A stretch of 64,000 bases of DNA from Candidatus Moanibacter sp. (GCA_965215885.1 CBDCEW010000090.1:1-64000); one strand, 5' to 3'. Positions 1 to 9,012 are shown, counted from the first letter of the stretch. The notes: a model not told the origin generated them from the sequence alone. Program-made: numbers and translations.

Positions 1-10
1 GGGATTTGAT

Positions 11-71
11 GTGGAACGCCCGCGTAATAGGCGCGAGCTAGTGAGCGTCCTTATTGACGCGTTTGTTAGGC
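11..71 (-). other. attC: integron attC recombination site
   Basis: Minus strand GCCTAAC (R'') ... CGCGT[C]AA / TTACGCG (L boxes with an extrahelical base) ... GTTCCAC (R'). 61-bp imperfect palindrome right after the cassette ORF stop once IS4 is removed. Confidence 0.85.
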
Positions 72-80
72 TTATAATTC

Positions 81-1399
81 CAGTACTGTCCGGTTATAAG
101 TCAAACAACTCCAACTGTTTAGGAATGCGGTGTTCATTGAAAGTGTAATCGGTTTCTGTAAGTAGTTCAGTCATAGGAGTTTTCTCAAATAGGGTGAAGC
201 TGAGAATCTGTAGGATTTTGTGCAAACTGATCTCCAGGCGAAGGCGTTTGCGGATGATGGCGATGAGCACATAGACGCTGACGGCAATCCAGATTTGAGT
301 CTTCACAGCATTCTCGGAGGTGCCGAAAAAGCTCTTGATGCGCAAGTGCTGTTTGATCCATTTGAAGAACAATTCGATCTGCCAGCGTAAACGGTAAATC
401 TGGGTGATGATTATGGCTGGGAGGGCAAACTGGTTGGTGAGAAACACGAAGCGCTCGGAACTGTCGGGGTCGAGGTAAGTGATACGCCGGAGTCTTGCGG
501 GGTAGGCCTTGGCAGGATAGAAGCTGACCAGGGCAACGGTCTGGTCCGAACGCAGACCGGTTGATTTGTCGACCTTTTGAGAGTAGAGGCGGCGAAACTG
601 AAAGCCGCGGCGGGCGCGTGTGACGAAGAAAGAACCGCATTGTGCGATCCGATAGAGGCGCTCGTAATGCAGATAGGCTCGGTCCATTACATAGTAAGCA
701 CCGGCCTCGGGGATGATGAGATCCAGAATGTTTACGTCGTGAACTTTTCCATCGGTAATCTCGATAAAATAAGGGATAGAGCCTCTGAGATCGAGAAGCG
801 TATGGACCTTCACCGCCCCCTTGTGCTTGCGGAAACGTGCCCACGGGAAGAGTGATAGACATAGATCGATCGTGGTGGAGTCCAGAGCGTAGAGCGTATT
901 GTCCAGGTCGATGCCCAGATCCTCGTTTGAATACAAAGGACGAGCCATTGCGATGAGGACCTGTGCAAAGTCGGCGTAGATGCGCCAGTCTCGTTTCTCG
1001 TTGGCATCGGCGAGCGTGCTTTTGGATACTCCGCTTCGAAGCCCTGCGTGGTATAGTTTTGGTTGTACTGCCCGCAGGCAGGTTTCGATGTCGCGCAGAC
1101 TCTCCCGGTAGGTCAACTCGGCAAAACCCATGCAGAGAAATTGTTCGAAGCAACTGAACTTTTGAACTTTGTAGGCGCCTCCGTAGCGTTGGACGCAACG
1201 ATGGAACTGATGGCGCGGAAGATAATCTATGATTTGAGAAAAAACGAATCGACCTGTATACATGATTTGGACCCTCGAAATTTTTGAGAGTCCACAAGGC
1301 TTTTTGCAATTTCAAGTCGAAAACAGCAGAAATCATATGTAAAATGTTGGTTATCAATCGATTAACCTGCGTTCCTAGAAAAACAACCGGACAGTAGTG
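81..1399 (-). mobile_element. IS4-family insertion sequence, copy 1 (1,319 bp)
   Basis: Terminal IRs cagtactgtccggtt / aaccggacagtagtg; 9-bp TSD ttataattc at 72-80 and 1400-1408. Confidence 0.93.
94..1263 (-). CDS. IS4-family DDE transposase (DUF4372-like N-terminus)
   Basis: LDSTTIDL, MDRAY and YRLRWQIELFFKWIKQ (YREK) motifs; three near-identical copies in the window. Confidence 0.93.
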   Translation of the reverse strand: MYTGRFVFSQIIDYLPRHQFHRCVQRYGGAYKVQKFSCFEQFLCMGFAELTYRESLRDIETCLRAVQPKLYHAGLRSGVSKSTLADANEKRDWRIYADFAQVLIAMARPLYSNEDLGIDLDNTLYALDSTTIDLCLSLFPWARFRKHKGAVKVHTLLDLRGSIPYFIEITDGKVHDVNILDLIIPEAGAYYVMDRAYLHYERLYRIAQCGSFFVTRARRGFQFRRLYSQKVDKSTGLRSDQTVALVSFYPAKAYPARLRRITYLDPDSSERFVFLTNQFALPAIIITQIYRLRWQIELFFKWIKQHLRIKSFFGTSENAVKTQIWIAVSVYVLIAIIRKRLRLEISLHKILQILSFTLFEKTPMTELLTETDYTFNEHRIPKQLELFDL

Positions 1400-1843
1400 T
1401 TATAATTCATCAATTGAGTTTTGTATCCGCTCAAGATCCGCCTGAAAAGCAATTTCAAGCTGTTCTAAAGATTGTGCTGCTCTCACCATATTTGTTTGAT
1501 CAATCCAAATTCCTGCGGATTGTGCGGCTGATTCTATCCTTCTTTGTGTCCCAAACCGTGGCTCAAAGAAAGGCATACCTGCTCTCAGAGATATAAGTAA
1601 TGCTTCCTTATCCATTTCGTTCTGGCTTCGATAAAATTCAACAAATTTTTTTCTTACCTCTTGGTACGACTGCTTCCTTTCATTTAACTCTGTAATAAGA
1701 AGCTCTCGCTTAGCAATTATCCTCGCTGTTTCAAGCTCAGCTGAGTGATTTTTTTGGAGAATCAAATACTGGGTCACACCAGTAAAAACAGCTCCAATCG
1801 CGCCAGCTATTATCAGTTGTTTCCAGTTCTTGCTATCGCTCAT
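1400..1843 (-). CDS. hypothetical integron cassette protein with N-terminal TM segment and coiled coil
   Basis: ORF from MSDSKNWKQLIIAGAIGAVF; AT-rich; lies between two attC sites. Confidence 0.75.
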   Translation of the reverse strand: MSDSKNWKQLIIAGAIGAVFTGVTQYLILQKNHSAELETARIIAKRELLITELNERKQSYQEVRKKFVEFYRSQNEMDKEALLISLRAGMPFFEPRFGTQRRIESAAQSAGIWIDQTNMVRAAQSLEQLEIAFQADLERIQNSIDEL

Positions 1844-1861
1844 ATTTGAATCCCAGAAAAA

Positions 1862-1924
1862 GCCTAACGCTATGCGTGATTCGCGGCGGCGCAAGCCGAC
1901 GTTGAGTCGACGCAATTGTTAGGT
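1862..1924 (-). other. attC: integron attC recombination site
   Basis: Minus strand ACCTAAC (contains the upstream ORF's TAA stop) ... TGCGT[C]GA / TCACGCA ... GTTAGGC; 63 bp. GTTAGGC is complementary to the GCCTAAC of the next attC. Confidence 0.88.
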
Positions 1925-2184
1925 ACTTTTTTCTTCATCTATTCGCATTTCGAGTTTCTCCCGTTCCAAGAAGTCCAAAAGATATTTCGCGATTCCACAG
2001 ACCACCATTGTGTGGCTTTCGTCATCAATCAGTTTCCATTGTCGCGTATGTCGCAGTGTCTCGTTGTAATCCGGATCTGCATGCGCACCTTCTTTGTCAG
2101 CGATGGACTTTATCAATTCACGGATAGTAATCCGTGTCTGGAGTTTGGCCCGTTTCGAGTCACGTAGCAACTACGAGTTAATTC

Positions 2185-3618
2185 TTAAGCGGCTTGAAAG
2201 AGGGAGCTGGCAAGATGGGGGCTGAGTTTCTCCGACTTGTGGGTACCACTTTTAGGATCAACGAAGTGGGAGAAACTCGATGGTCGCAGACTGCCCGCCC
2301 AAGTCTCGTATCTGAGTTGCTGCAGTAAGTCTGAAGTGGTTGGGCCCTGCATGGAGCGTTTATCGGTGCGCCACTTGGCCGGCTCGAAGATGCCTTGTTG
2401 ATGGCGCTTGGGATCGGATTGGTAGGAGGCCAGCCACAACATCGAGTAGGCTGCCACGTTGAGGGCGGGAAGGTTTCTGTTGGACGCTTCGGTCCTGACC
2501 TGGGCCTCGCCCATGCCTAAGAGGGTCTTCTCATCGCGGAAGTTGGGCTCTATCTGCCAGCGCCAAAGATAGTATTGGAGAAACTCTTCAAGCGCTAATT
2601 GGGGATCGGTGCAAATCAGGTAAGCGGGCTTTCTGTAGAGCAACTTTGCCTTCTTCTGAAGCCGGTATCGGAGCGGAGCAATGATCAAAAGCTGCAAAGG
2701 GCGTTTTGCTCCGCTCTTGCGCCACAAAAGATCCTTCACCCTCTTGACCTTAAAGCGGTGGCGCTTACCGGCCGCGAAGGCCTCCACATATTCCCACGGC
2801 ACTTCCTGGTCCTTGCGAATCTGTTCGGGCGTGGGAATCTCTGGCCCGTAGCTTGGTCGGCGTCCGGTTTTGGGCGCCTGCCCGGGCATTTTGCAAAGCG
2901 TAGCGTCCTTGCGGATGCGCCCGATCATGGTGGTGCGTTCGGGCAGAGCCTTGAGGAAGTCTCCATTGGTATAGCTGCCGTCGGCCACGACGATCAGTTC
3001 GCGTTCGACCTCCATAGAGTCTCTGAGCAGTGCAACGCGCTGTATGGCCTGTCGATTGAGTTTGAGCTGCTTTTTGCTCTCTTTATAGCATTGGACCTGC
3101 TCCTGTGTGGCTTTTGCCCCCGGCTTGCGCGCGGAGGGCGCATGGGTCAGATCAATAGGAATCATGCGGGCCGAACCGTCCTCTGCGGCAAGGGCGGCGG
3201 AAAGTTGGATGAATCGCTGGGCGAGCACGAGGTTAACTTGGAATTTGGGACCGAGGGGATCTCTGCGCCAGCCCACTCCGTGGATACGAGTTCCACTTTT
3301 TTGCCGTAGGGTGTCGTCAAGTGCTACGACCATGGGCCTATCGGGCGGAAGCATTCGCTCGATCTTCTCACGGATAACCGCGAAGCACTCATCAGGGTCG
3401 ACTCTGCTCTTCGAATACATCCTGTAGTGTGCGCTCCAATCCTCGTATTGGCGTCCGCCCGTCGTGATGATTCCAGTGACGGTACGCCTGCCCAGGCACA
3501 GAAGGGTGCACAAGATGTGCTCTCTGAAGCGATTGAAGCAGCTTGTTGTGGAGCAGGCTTTGGCACACGATCCAATGATACCTTCCAAGGTTTCTAGAAG
3601 TGAGGAGCCGTTTTTTTT
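2185..3618 (-). CDS. DDE transposase (IS701-like), probably translated through a -1 frameshift from the upstream ORF
   Basis: LDDTLRQKSG, VADGSY and YLWRWQIEPNFRDEK motifs; 5' end uncertain. Confidence 0.82.
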   Translation of the reverse strand, partial: KKNGSSLLETLEGIIGSCAKACSTTSCFNRFREHILCTLLCLGRRTVTGIITTGGRQYEDWSAHYRMYSKSRVDPDECFAVIREKIERMLPPDRPMVVALDDTLRQKSGTRIHGVGWRRDPLGPKFQVNLVLAQRFIQLSAALAAEDGSARMIPIDLTHAPSARKPGAKATQEQVQCYKESKKQLKLNRQAIQRVALLRDSMEVERELIVVADGSYTNGDFLKALPERTTMIGRIRKDATLCKMPGQAPKTGRRPSYGPEIPTPEQIRKDQEVPWEYVEAFAAGKRHRFKVKRVKDLLWRKSGAKRPLQLLIIAPLRYRLQKKAKLLYRKPAYLICTDPQLALEEFLQYYLWRWQIEPNFRDEKTLLGMGEAQVRTEASNRNLPALNVAAYSMLWLASYQSDPKRHQQGIFEPAKWRTDKRSMQGPTTSDLLQQLRYETWAGSLRPSSFSHFVDPKSGTHKSEKLSPHLASSLFQAA

Positions 3619-3803
3619 ACACCCACCGGATTGGGAGGGGCATTGGATCGGGCCAGGATCATATGGCCTTTGTCGGCAATAATCCACTCCACCATCTCTC
3701 CTTTGCCAAACTCCATCGCCTGAGCTACCGCCGAAGGCAGATTGATATACCACTGTTCGCTACGCTTGCGCCTGATGAGTTGAACTTTAGTTGGGAATCC
3801 CAT
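3594..3803 (-). CDS. small AbrB/MazE-like DNA-binding ORF inside the IS
   Basis: KVQLIRR..QWYINLPSAVAQAMEFGKGEMVEW resembles the swapped-hairpin pattern; ends over an A8 run. Confidence 0.65.
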   Translation of the reverse strand: MGFPTKVQLIRRKRSEQWYINLPSAVAQAMEFGKGEMVEWIIADKGHMILARSNAPPNPVGVKKTAPHF

Positions 3804-4547
3804 GGGCCATGATCTAGTTACATAACTAGATCACAGTCAAGCTAAATACTTGCTTTTGAAGAAAAAAGGGAAATAAGGGAGCAATATATCTAGTAAAAGG
3901 CCAAACTCCAGTCACGGATAGTAATCCGTGTGTTCATACAAGGTTGCTGAACCCATTCCCTCAACGGAAGCCGATCTTTGGATTTGTCGAAGAGAAGCGC
4001 AAAGACCGCTCTGCCCGTTGCGTCACGCGTCAGTCTACCGGGTATGTGAGTGTGGAGCCCGTCTGCGAACGACGGGATCGATTCAAGTAATCCTGTAATA
4101 TGAAGCTTATGAAGGGGCACCTCTTTGAACACTCGTAAGAGCAACGGTTGCGGCCGATCGCACATTAATTTCCGCAGTTCCACGGCGATGACGCGATAAA
4201 CATCCCTCGCACCACCTGCGAATAGCTCCAGATTCGCTTCGAGAATCGCCAATGAAGCCCGGAAGTCTTCTGATGTTTTGCTCATTTTATTTTTGTCTAG
4301 TATTTAGGTAGACTAAACGCACTTCCCATTAGGTTCATTGAACAAAATACTGAATCATTGGTGGGAGCAGGATAACCTCTTGGGTACCAGCACTCAAGTG
4401 TTTATTCCCGTTGGGATGCACCTGATTTCATAGCTGCGATTTCTACGATTGAAAGAGGTTTGATTACGTTAATGGCGGGTCGTATGGCGCTGATGAGCTT
4501 CGTGAACGTCGCCGGCCCACGACGCTGTGAAAGACGTGATTCGGCTC

Positions 4548-4835
4548 TTACTTCCAGCGGCCTGACGATTTAGGGTTGTTAACGAAGCCCCAGGCCTCTT
4601 CAGGAAGCCACCCGTCAACTAAATGAGGCTTCATTTCACTAATGATGAAGAAGCCACTAGGATACTTAGTGTGGATGAGGATTCGAAGTTCTGCAGGGGT
4701 CCTTTCCGAGATTATTATGACGCCCTGCGAACCCAAGGTATACCAGTTCAGAATCACGGGCAACGTATCAAGAAAATCCAGGATAGTTTGGTGCGGTCCC
4801 ATGTTTTCAGAGTAGCAGAAGAGGTAAGGTATCAT
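4548..4835 (-). CDS. hypothetical 95-aa protein (C-terminal DGWLPEEAWGF motif)
   Basis: ATG overlaps the upstream stop (ATGA). Confidence 0.7.
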   Translation of the reverse strand: MIPYLFCYSENMGPHQTILDFLDTLPVILNWYTLGSQGVIIISERTPAELRILIHTKYPSGFFIISEMKPHLVDGWLPEEAWGFVNNPKSSGRWK

Positions 4836-5335
4836 TGTGAGTTCTTCCCTCCTTCCCTGAGAGCCTTTTGGGCCGGATTGGCAATGGCTTGTAGAGACGC
4901 AGGATCCAGTGCGATTCGGCCCGACTTTTGCTGGATCATTTGAAGAGTTTCGTGTCGGAGCTGGTAATCTGCGGACTCCAATTTCTCTGGCTTGAAGATC
5001 GCGAATCCAACAATTACGAGACTCGCAACAGCAATAGGTATCAGAGCAGCACCGACTAGCAAATTGCAGAGAGTGGAATTTAGCCTAAAGAAGTATGCCG
5101 CAAGGAGGCAAGTCGGTGTGGAAATCGCACAAAGCCATAGAGCCGGGTTGACAGCGCTGCTCACCTGGACTTTTTGGACGGTCCTACCTGCGAGACTAGC
5201 AAGTTTTTCCAGAATCTCCTCTGCCACGACTCTGTGTATCCCTCTATGTTTGAAGTAGTATTTGGGCAATGCGCCTATTGGTATGAATTGCAATCCTTGA
5301 GAAAACGCAACCATTTGGTGTCTGCGGTTGGTCAA
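4832..5335 (-). CDS. hypothetical two-TM membrane protein (start may lie further downstream)
   Basis: Two hydrophobic segments followed by FKPEKLESADYQL; coupled to 4548-4835. Confidence 0.7.
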   Translation of the reverse strand: MTNRRHQMVAFSQGLQFIPIGALPKYYFKHRGIHRVVAEEILEKLASLAGRTVQKVQVSSAVNPALWLCAISTPTCLLAAYFFRLNSTLCNLLVGAALIPIAVASLVIVGFAIFKPEKLESADYQLRHETLQMIQQKSGRIALDPASLQAIANPAQKALREGGKNSQ

Positions 5336-5808
5336 AAGAGGGAGAGTTGGGAGGGGTGTTTGGCCTTCCGGCGGCGGGGGCGTGTGAGGGTGTGGGCGTG
5401 GGCTAGGATGTCGATAGTGTGGGTGTCGGTCTCTTGGATTTTGGAGGTGTGTTGCAAGGCCAGATCAACGGCGTTGCGAGCGTGTTTCAATTCGTCGTAG
5501 AGGGCGTCGCCCTGGTGGGCTAGGTGTTCCTGAAGGCACTTCAATAAGTAACGGGGAAAGTAGATGCTTCGAGTGACAGGATCGCTGTGCTCCTTGACCT
5601 CGGCGATGCGGTCGAGAATGAATCTCTCGTAGCGCTTGGCGGTCATGCGGAGGCCGCGTTCCTTCATCCACTTTGCCGGCCAGGTGATGGCGTATATCAG
5701 GCCCTTTAGATCGCGATAGAAGACGGTGCGATCTACCTCGCGGTAGAAGGTGCCCTGGATGATATCGAGGAGGTCGTCAGTGGTCTCTTTCGCAGGTGAC
5801 GAGTTCAT
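5332..5808 (-). CDS. hypothetical phage protein
   Basis: 158-aa ORF in the phage-like run, ending QLSLF. Confidence 0.65.
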   Translation of the reverse strand: MNSSPAKETTDDLLDIIQGTFYREVDRTVFYRDLKGLIYAITWPAKWMKERGLRMTAKRYERFILDRIAEVKEHSDPVTRSIYFPRYLLKCLQEHLAHQGDALYDELKHARNAVDLALQHTSKIQETDTHTIDILAHAHTLTRPRRRKAKHPSQLSLF

Positions 5809-6148
5809 GTGTCGGTGGCGGGTTGTGGGTGTGGTGGACGCGGGATATTCTGAGGGCGCGGTCGATCATTTTATTCCCCTGGGAGCGGAGCCAGTTGACA
5901 GCGTGGTCGCGCTCGTCAGCCGTGGCTTCTCGGGTAAGTTTGTAACCTTTCTGGCCCGAGAGAATTTCGCCTTCGCTGAGTTCGGCGAGCTTGCGGCAGG
6001 TCCGTTCGTCCCAGGCGTAAATCTGCTTTACCTGGCGGGCTGTTATCCAATCGCGGCCACGGAGAAATGTCAGGAATTCATCGACGCGGCGATCCTCTTC
6101 GGGATCAACGTGGAGAGTCGGAAATTCTGACTGTTGGAGGGTGTTCAA
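5777..6148 (-). CDS. hypothetical phage protein, possibly winged-helix
   Basis: WITARQV...ERTCRKLAE...ILSGQKGYKL. Confidence 0.6.
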   Translation of the reverse strand: MNTLQQSEFPTLHVDPEEDRRVDEFLTFLRGRDWITARQVKQIYAWDERTCRKLAELSEGEILSGQKGYKLTREATADERDHAVNWLRSQGNKMIDRALRISRVHHTHNPPPTHELVTCERDH

Positions 6149-6218
6149 CGGTTGAAAAGATACTACTCAAATGTATAGTAGTCACTCAGTTCGCAGTAGC
6201 GATTTTATGTCTCGTCAC

Positions 6219-6452
6219 TCATTCTTGAAGCAATGAGATATGACCATCCTCCTCCTTAGCGAATCCGTCTTTGACCATGTCGGCGCGAACTCTTGGACCG
6301 ATGGGTTCCCGGTCGTCGTCAAACCGATCAGTCGATATGCGGCCACCAACATTGCTGATGTATTGGATGTACATGGCATAACGCGCTTCCTTTCGATATA
6401 GCTCCATTATCATTTTGATTCCTCCGTCACTCAGGGGAGATTTCTGCTTCAC
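6219..6452 (-). CDS. hypothetical protein
   Basis: 77-aa ORF co-oriented with the phage genes. Confidence 0.45.
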   Translation of the reverse strand: MKQKSPLSDGGIKMIMELYRKEARYAMYIQYISNVGGRISTDRFDDDREPIGPRVRADMVKDGFAKEEDGHISLLQE

Positions 6453-6794
6453 CGCTTATTCTAACGATTCACAAAGTGCTGTTGGTAAGTTGTTAGCAGA
6501 TTCGGCTTGTTTCTGCCTAAGACTGCTGTTCCTTGTTTCGATATTATGGAAATAAAGCAGATAAGAATTCTCGAGGGAGACACCCTTGAAAAACTCGAGA
6601 GCAGAGTAAACGCCTTCCTCCTGGATGCGGCCACTCCTGTCAGGGACGACCCTGTTCGAGACGACAAACCGAAAGCCAATTGGCAGCCACTTGGAGGGAT
6701 CGTATTTACACCTGATGGTAACGCGATCATGCTGATGGTGGAATACTTTGCCGTCGGGCGTCGTTGGGGGAGATTTCTCGATTCGGTTTCATGG

Positions 6795-7253
6795 CTACTG
6801 CGTGTGGGCGAAATTGAGGAGGGATTCTCCCTTGTGGGCTTTGGCGCGGGAGTGTTCGGTGAGGGTGATTCGGAGTTGGCGAAGGGATTCGATGGGGAGG
6901 TTGCGCCAGTCTTTGTGGAATGCGAATTTGTCGCGGGCGATGGTGATGATGTAGGCCTCGGGAGCGGCGTGTGAGATGGCATAGAAGAGCCGGCGGCGTT
7001 CGCCTTCCTCGGCGACGCTTTCTATGCTTGCCGGGTGGGGTATGAGCCCACGGAGGCGCTTGCGCATGACATCGAATACGAGGTCGTATTCTTTGTGGGA
7101 GAATCCCTTGTGGGATCTGTCGTAGCCGAGGGCTTGGCGGTGGAGTTCATGGCGGGCTTCTGTGTCGTTTTGGCGCACGTCTTCCTTGGCGCAGAGACGG
7201 CGCCAGGTTTTCCAGTAATAGGCTTCCTCGGGGGGGAGTTTTTTGCGTTTCAT
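6795..7253 (-). CDS. Mu GemA/gp16-like protein
   Basis: ARHELHRQALGYDRSHKGFSHKEYDLV pattern; position downstream of gam. Confidence 0.5.
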   Translation of the reverse strand: MKRKKLPPEEAYYWKTWRRLCAKEDVRQNDTEARHELHRQALGYDRSHKGFSHKEYDLVFDVMRKRLRGLIPHPASIESVAEEGERRRLFYAISHAAPEAYIITIARDKFAFHKDWRNLPIESLRQLRITLTEHSRAKAHKGESLLNFAHTQ

Positions 7254-7286
7254 CCTCGTGGCCTTTCTGTCATTGTAGATCTCGTT

Positions 7287-7529
7287 ATGTTGGGTCTTAT
7301 CGTGCAATCTACAGGACTGCTGTTGGACATAGTGGGTGTAATTTTCATCTTCGTTTATGGGATTCCGCCGAGCCCTTATGATATCCCTAAAGGGGGATTG
7401 AGATGGGACGACGGACAGATGTCCGAGGTTACGAAGTTCAAAGATCGATCGAGGCTTGGACTCGGGTTCCTCATTGGTGGATTTGCGCTTCAGTTTGTTG
7501 GGCTGTGGATGAGCTGGTTAATCGCATAG
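7287..7529 (+). CDS. small two-TM membrane protein, opposite strand to the phage genes
   Basis: MLGLIVQSTGLLLDIVGVIFIFVYG...LGLGFLIGGFALQFVG. Confidence 0.6.
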   Translation: MLGLIVQSTGLLLDIVGVIFIFVYGIPPSPYDIPKGGLRWDDGQMSEVTKFKDRSRLGLGFLIGGFALQFVGLWMSWLIA

Positions 7530-7736
7530 GTTAATCAGTGATTTGTTGGCTACCTCTGCGTCGATGAATTCGTAGTGGCCGACGGCGAGTTCCAGGCCGA
7601 TCTGGTCGATGTCTTCGGGGAGGATCTCGTGGTCGTAGGTGGCCGGGTAGCCGTCGACTGATACCAAGGTGATATCGACCTCAGCGAGGGCTTTGGCGGA
7701 TGATGCGTGTTCTTCGAGATGGACGAATAGCTTCAT
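7518..7736 (-). CDS. hypothetical acidic phage protein
   Basis: 72-aa ORF coupled to the gam stop. Confidence 0.55.
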   Translation of the reverse strand: MKLFVHLEEHASSAKALAEVDITLVSVDGYPATYDHEILPEDIDQIGLELAVGHYEFIDAEVANKSLINLCD

Positions 7737-8290
7737 CAGCGCTGTCCCTCGGTGGAGGCCTCATCCTTCTTGATGTTGGAGAGGACTTTTGAGGTGTCGG
7801 TCTTGAGGGGGGTGACTTTGAAGTTCTCGGAGGTCTTGCTTTGGATACCGAGCACTTCGAGCCATTCCTCGTTGAGGCGTTCGCAGGCTTCGAGGTCGAT
7901 CTCGTCGCGCTTGCGAATCAGGTCCTTGACGAGGCCGTGGCGAGGAATCCTGCGAATGGTGGCGGCCGCGTCCGGTATAACGATCTTGCCCGACTTCTGG
8001 AGCCCGAAGGTGCCGAAGGCGGTCTTGATTTTCTTGCGCTTCGCGAACCACTCCGGGTGTTCCCGGCAGAGGCATTCAAGGGCCTCTGCCGCTTCTGCGA
8101 TACGCTCATTGAGGCCGGTCAGAACTTCGCCATCGTCGGCAACGATCATGGTGAGGTGGTTGTCGATGTCGGCCTGAATAGACCGGACTTTGACGGTGGC
8201 CTCGGTGATTTCCCACATGAGTCGGGTAGCGAGGACGATGTCGTCGACTTCTTCGGAGGGTGGGTCTTCTGTGGTGGCTTCTTTGGTCAT
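7736..8290 (-). CDS. gam: Mu Gam-like host-nuclease inhibitor
   Basis: Coiled coil, then EHPEWFAKRKKIKTAFGTFGLQKS and LIRKRDEID...LGIQSKTSENFKVTP. Confidence 0.75.
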   Translation of the reverse strand: MTKEATTEDPPSEEVDDIVLATRLMWEITEATVKVRSIQADIDNHLTMIVADDGEVLTGLNERIAEAAEALECLCREHPEWFAKRKKIKTAFGTFGLQKSGKIVIPDAAATIRRIPRHGLVKDLIRKRDEIDLEACERLNEEWLEVLGIQSKTSENFKVTPLKTDTSKVLSNIKKDEASTEGQR

Positions 8291-8501
8291 GTTGATGTTC
8301 CTTTCTGTTGGTGGTTGGTGTCGAAATGCTGCCGCATTCCGCTACTTGAAGATAGAAGGTTGAGTTCGGCGGCGTCGCCGCGTTCGACGCCGTCCGGGTA
8401 GTGGCCGGGGTGGTCGGTGGTGAGACGGCCGAGGGAGGGCCCAGGAGGAGAGAAATCCTTCCGGATTCCTCTACGTGGCTGTGGTTGGTGGGTGGGCATG
8501 A

Positions 8502-8915
8502 TCAGACGGTTTCGGGCAGTTCGAGGTTGGCGAAGATCTGGTGGGCGCGGACGAAGTATGACCAGTCGAGTTTCTTGCCGGCTTTGCGGGCCACTTTCTG
8601 GCCGCAGTTGAGGGTGAGAGTGAGTCGCTTGAGGCCGTGGAAGTAGGCGAGGTCGCGGAGGATGTCCCACTGGTCGCTGCGCGGAAAGTTTTTCCACCGT
8701 TCGCCGCGCCTGGCGGCGGGAAAGGTTAAACCGTAGTCGATGCAGATGGCGCGAATATCGCGGATGGGGGAAGCGTCGGGCAGCTGCTTTTTGAGGATGC
8801 CGCGGCGATTGAGCTGCTCGAGGAGGCGGTGGTCTTTTCCCTCTCTTATTTCGTCGCGAAATACGTTGGTGCCACAGAGGACCATGCCGCACTTTGAGCG
8901 GTCTTGGCGTCGCCA
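8502..8915 (-). pseudogene. C-terminal fragment of a MuB-like AAA ATPase
   Basis: KCGMVLCGTNVFRDE...LLEQLNRR (sensor region); Walker A/B part absent, truncated at the tRNA. Confidence 0.6.
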
Positions 8916-8920
8916 AAATT

Positions 8921-9010
<90 letters not shown>

Positions 9011-9012
9011 AG

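Larger units (their letters stand above)
2138..3911 (-). mobile_element. IS element, IS701-like DDE type, 1,774 bp
   Basis: 13-bp IRs ctggagtttggcc / ggccaaactccag; 20-bp direct repeat tcacggatagtaatccgtgt at 2118-2137 and 3912-3931. Confidence 0.88.
1919..4285 (-). pseudogene. 190-aa cassette gene split by an IS (5' part 3912-4285, 3' part 1919-2117)
   Basis: Both fragments share TRITIR, encoded by the 20-bp duplication. Removing the IS and one repeat gives an in-frame 573-nt ORF ending in attC. Confidence 0.85.
5332..8915 (-). mobile_element. Mu-like prophage early-region remnant
   Basis: Co-oriented short ORFs including Gam-like, GemA-like and a truncated MuB-like ATPase; no transposase A or structural genes. 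Confidence 0.7.

Noticed and set aside
185..1357. 390-407-aa alternative-frame ORF in each IS4 copy
   Set aside because: It overlaps the true transposase, has no motifs, and recurs only because the IS is repeated.
6459..6497. ctaac...gttag pair resembling attC
   Set aside because: Only about 38 bp with no L-box pairing.
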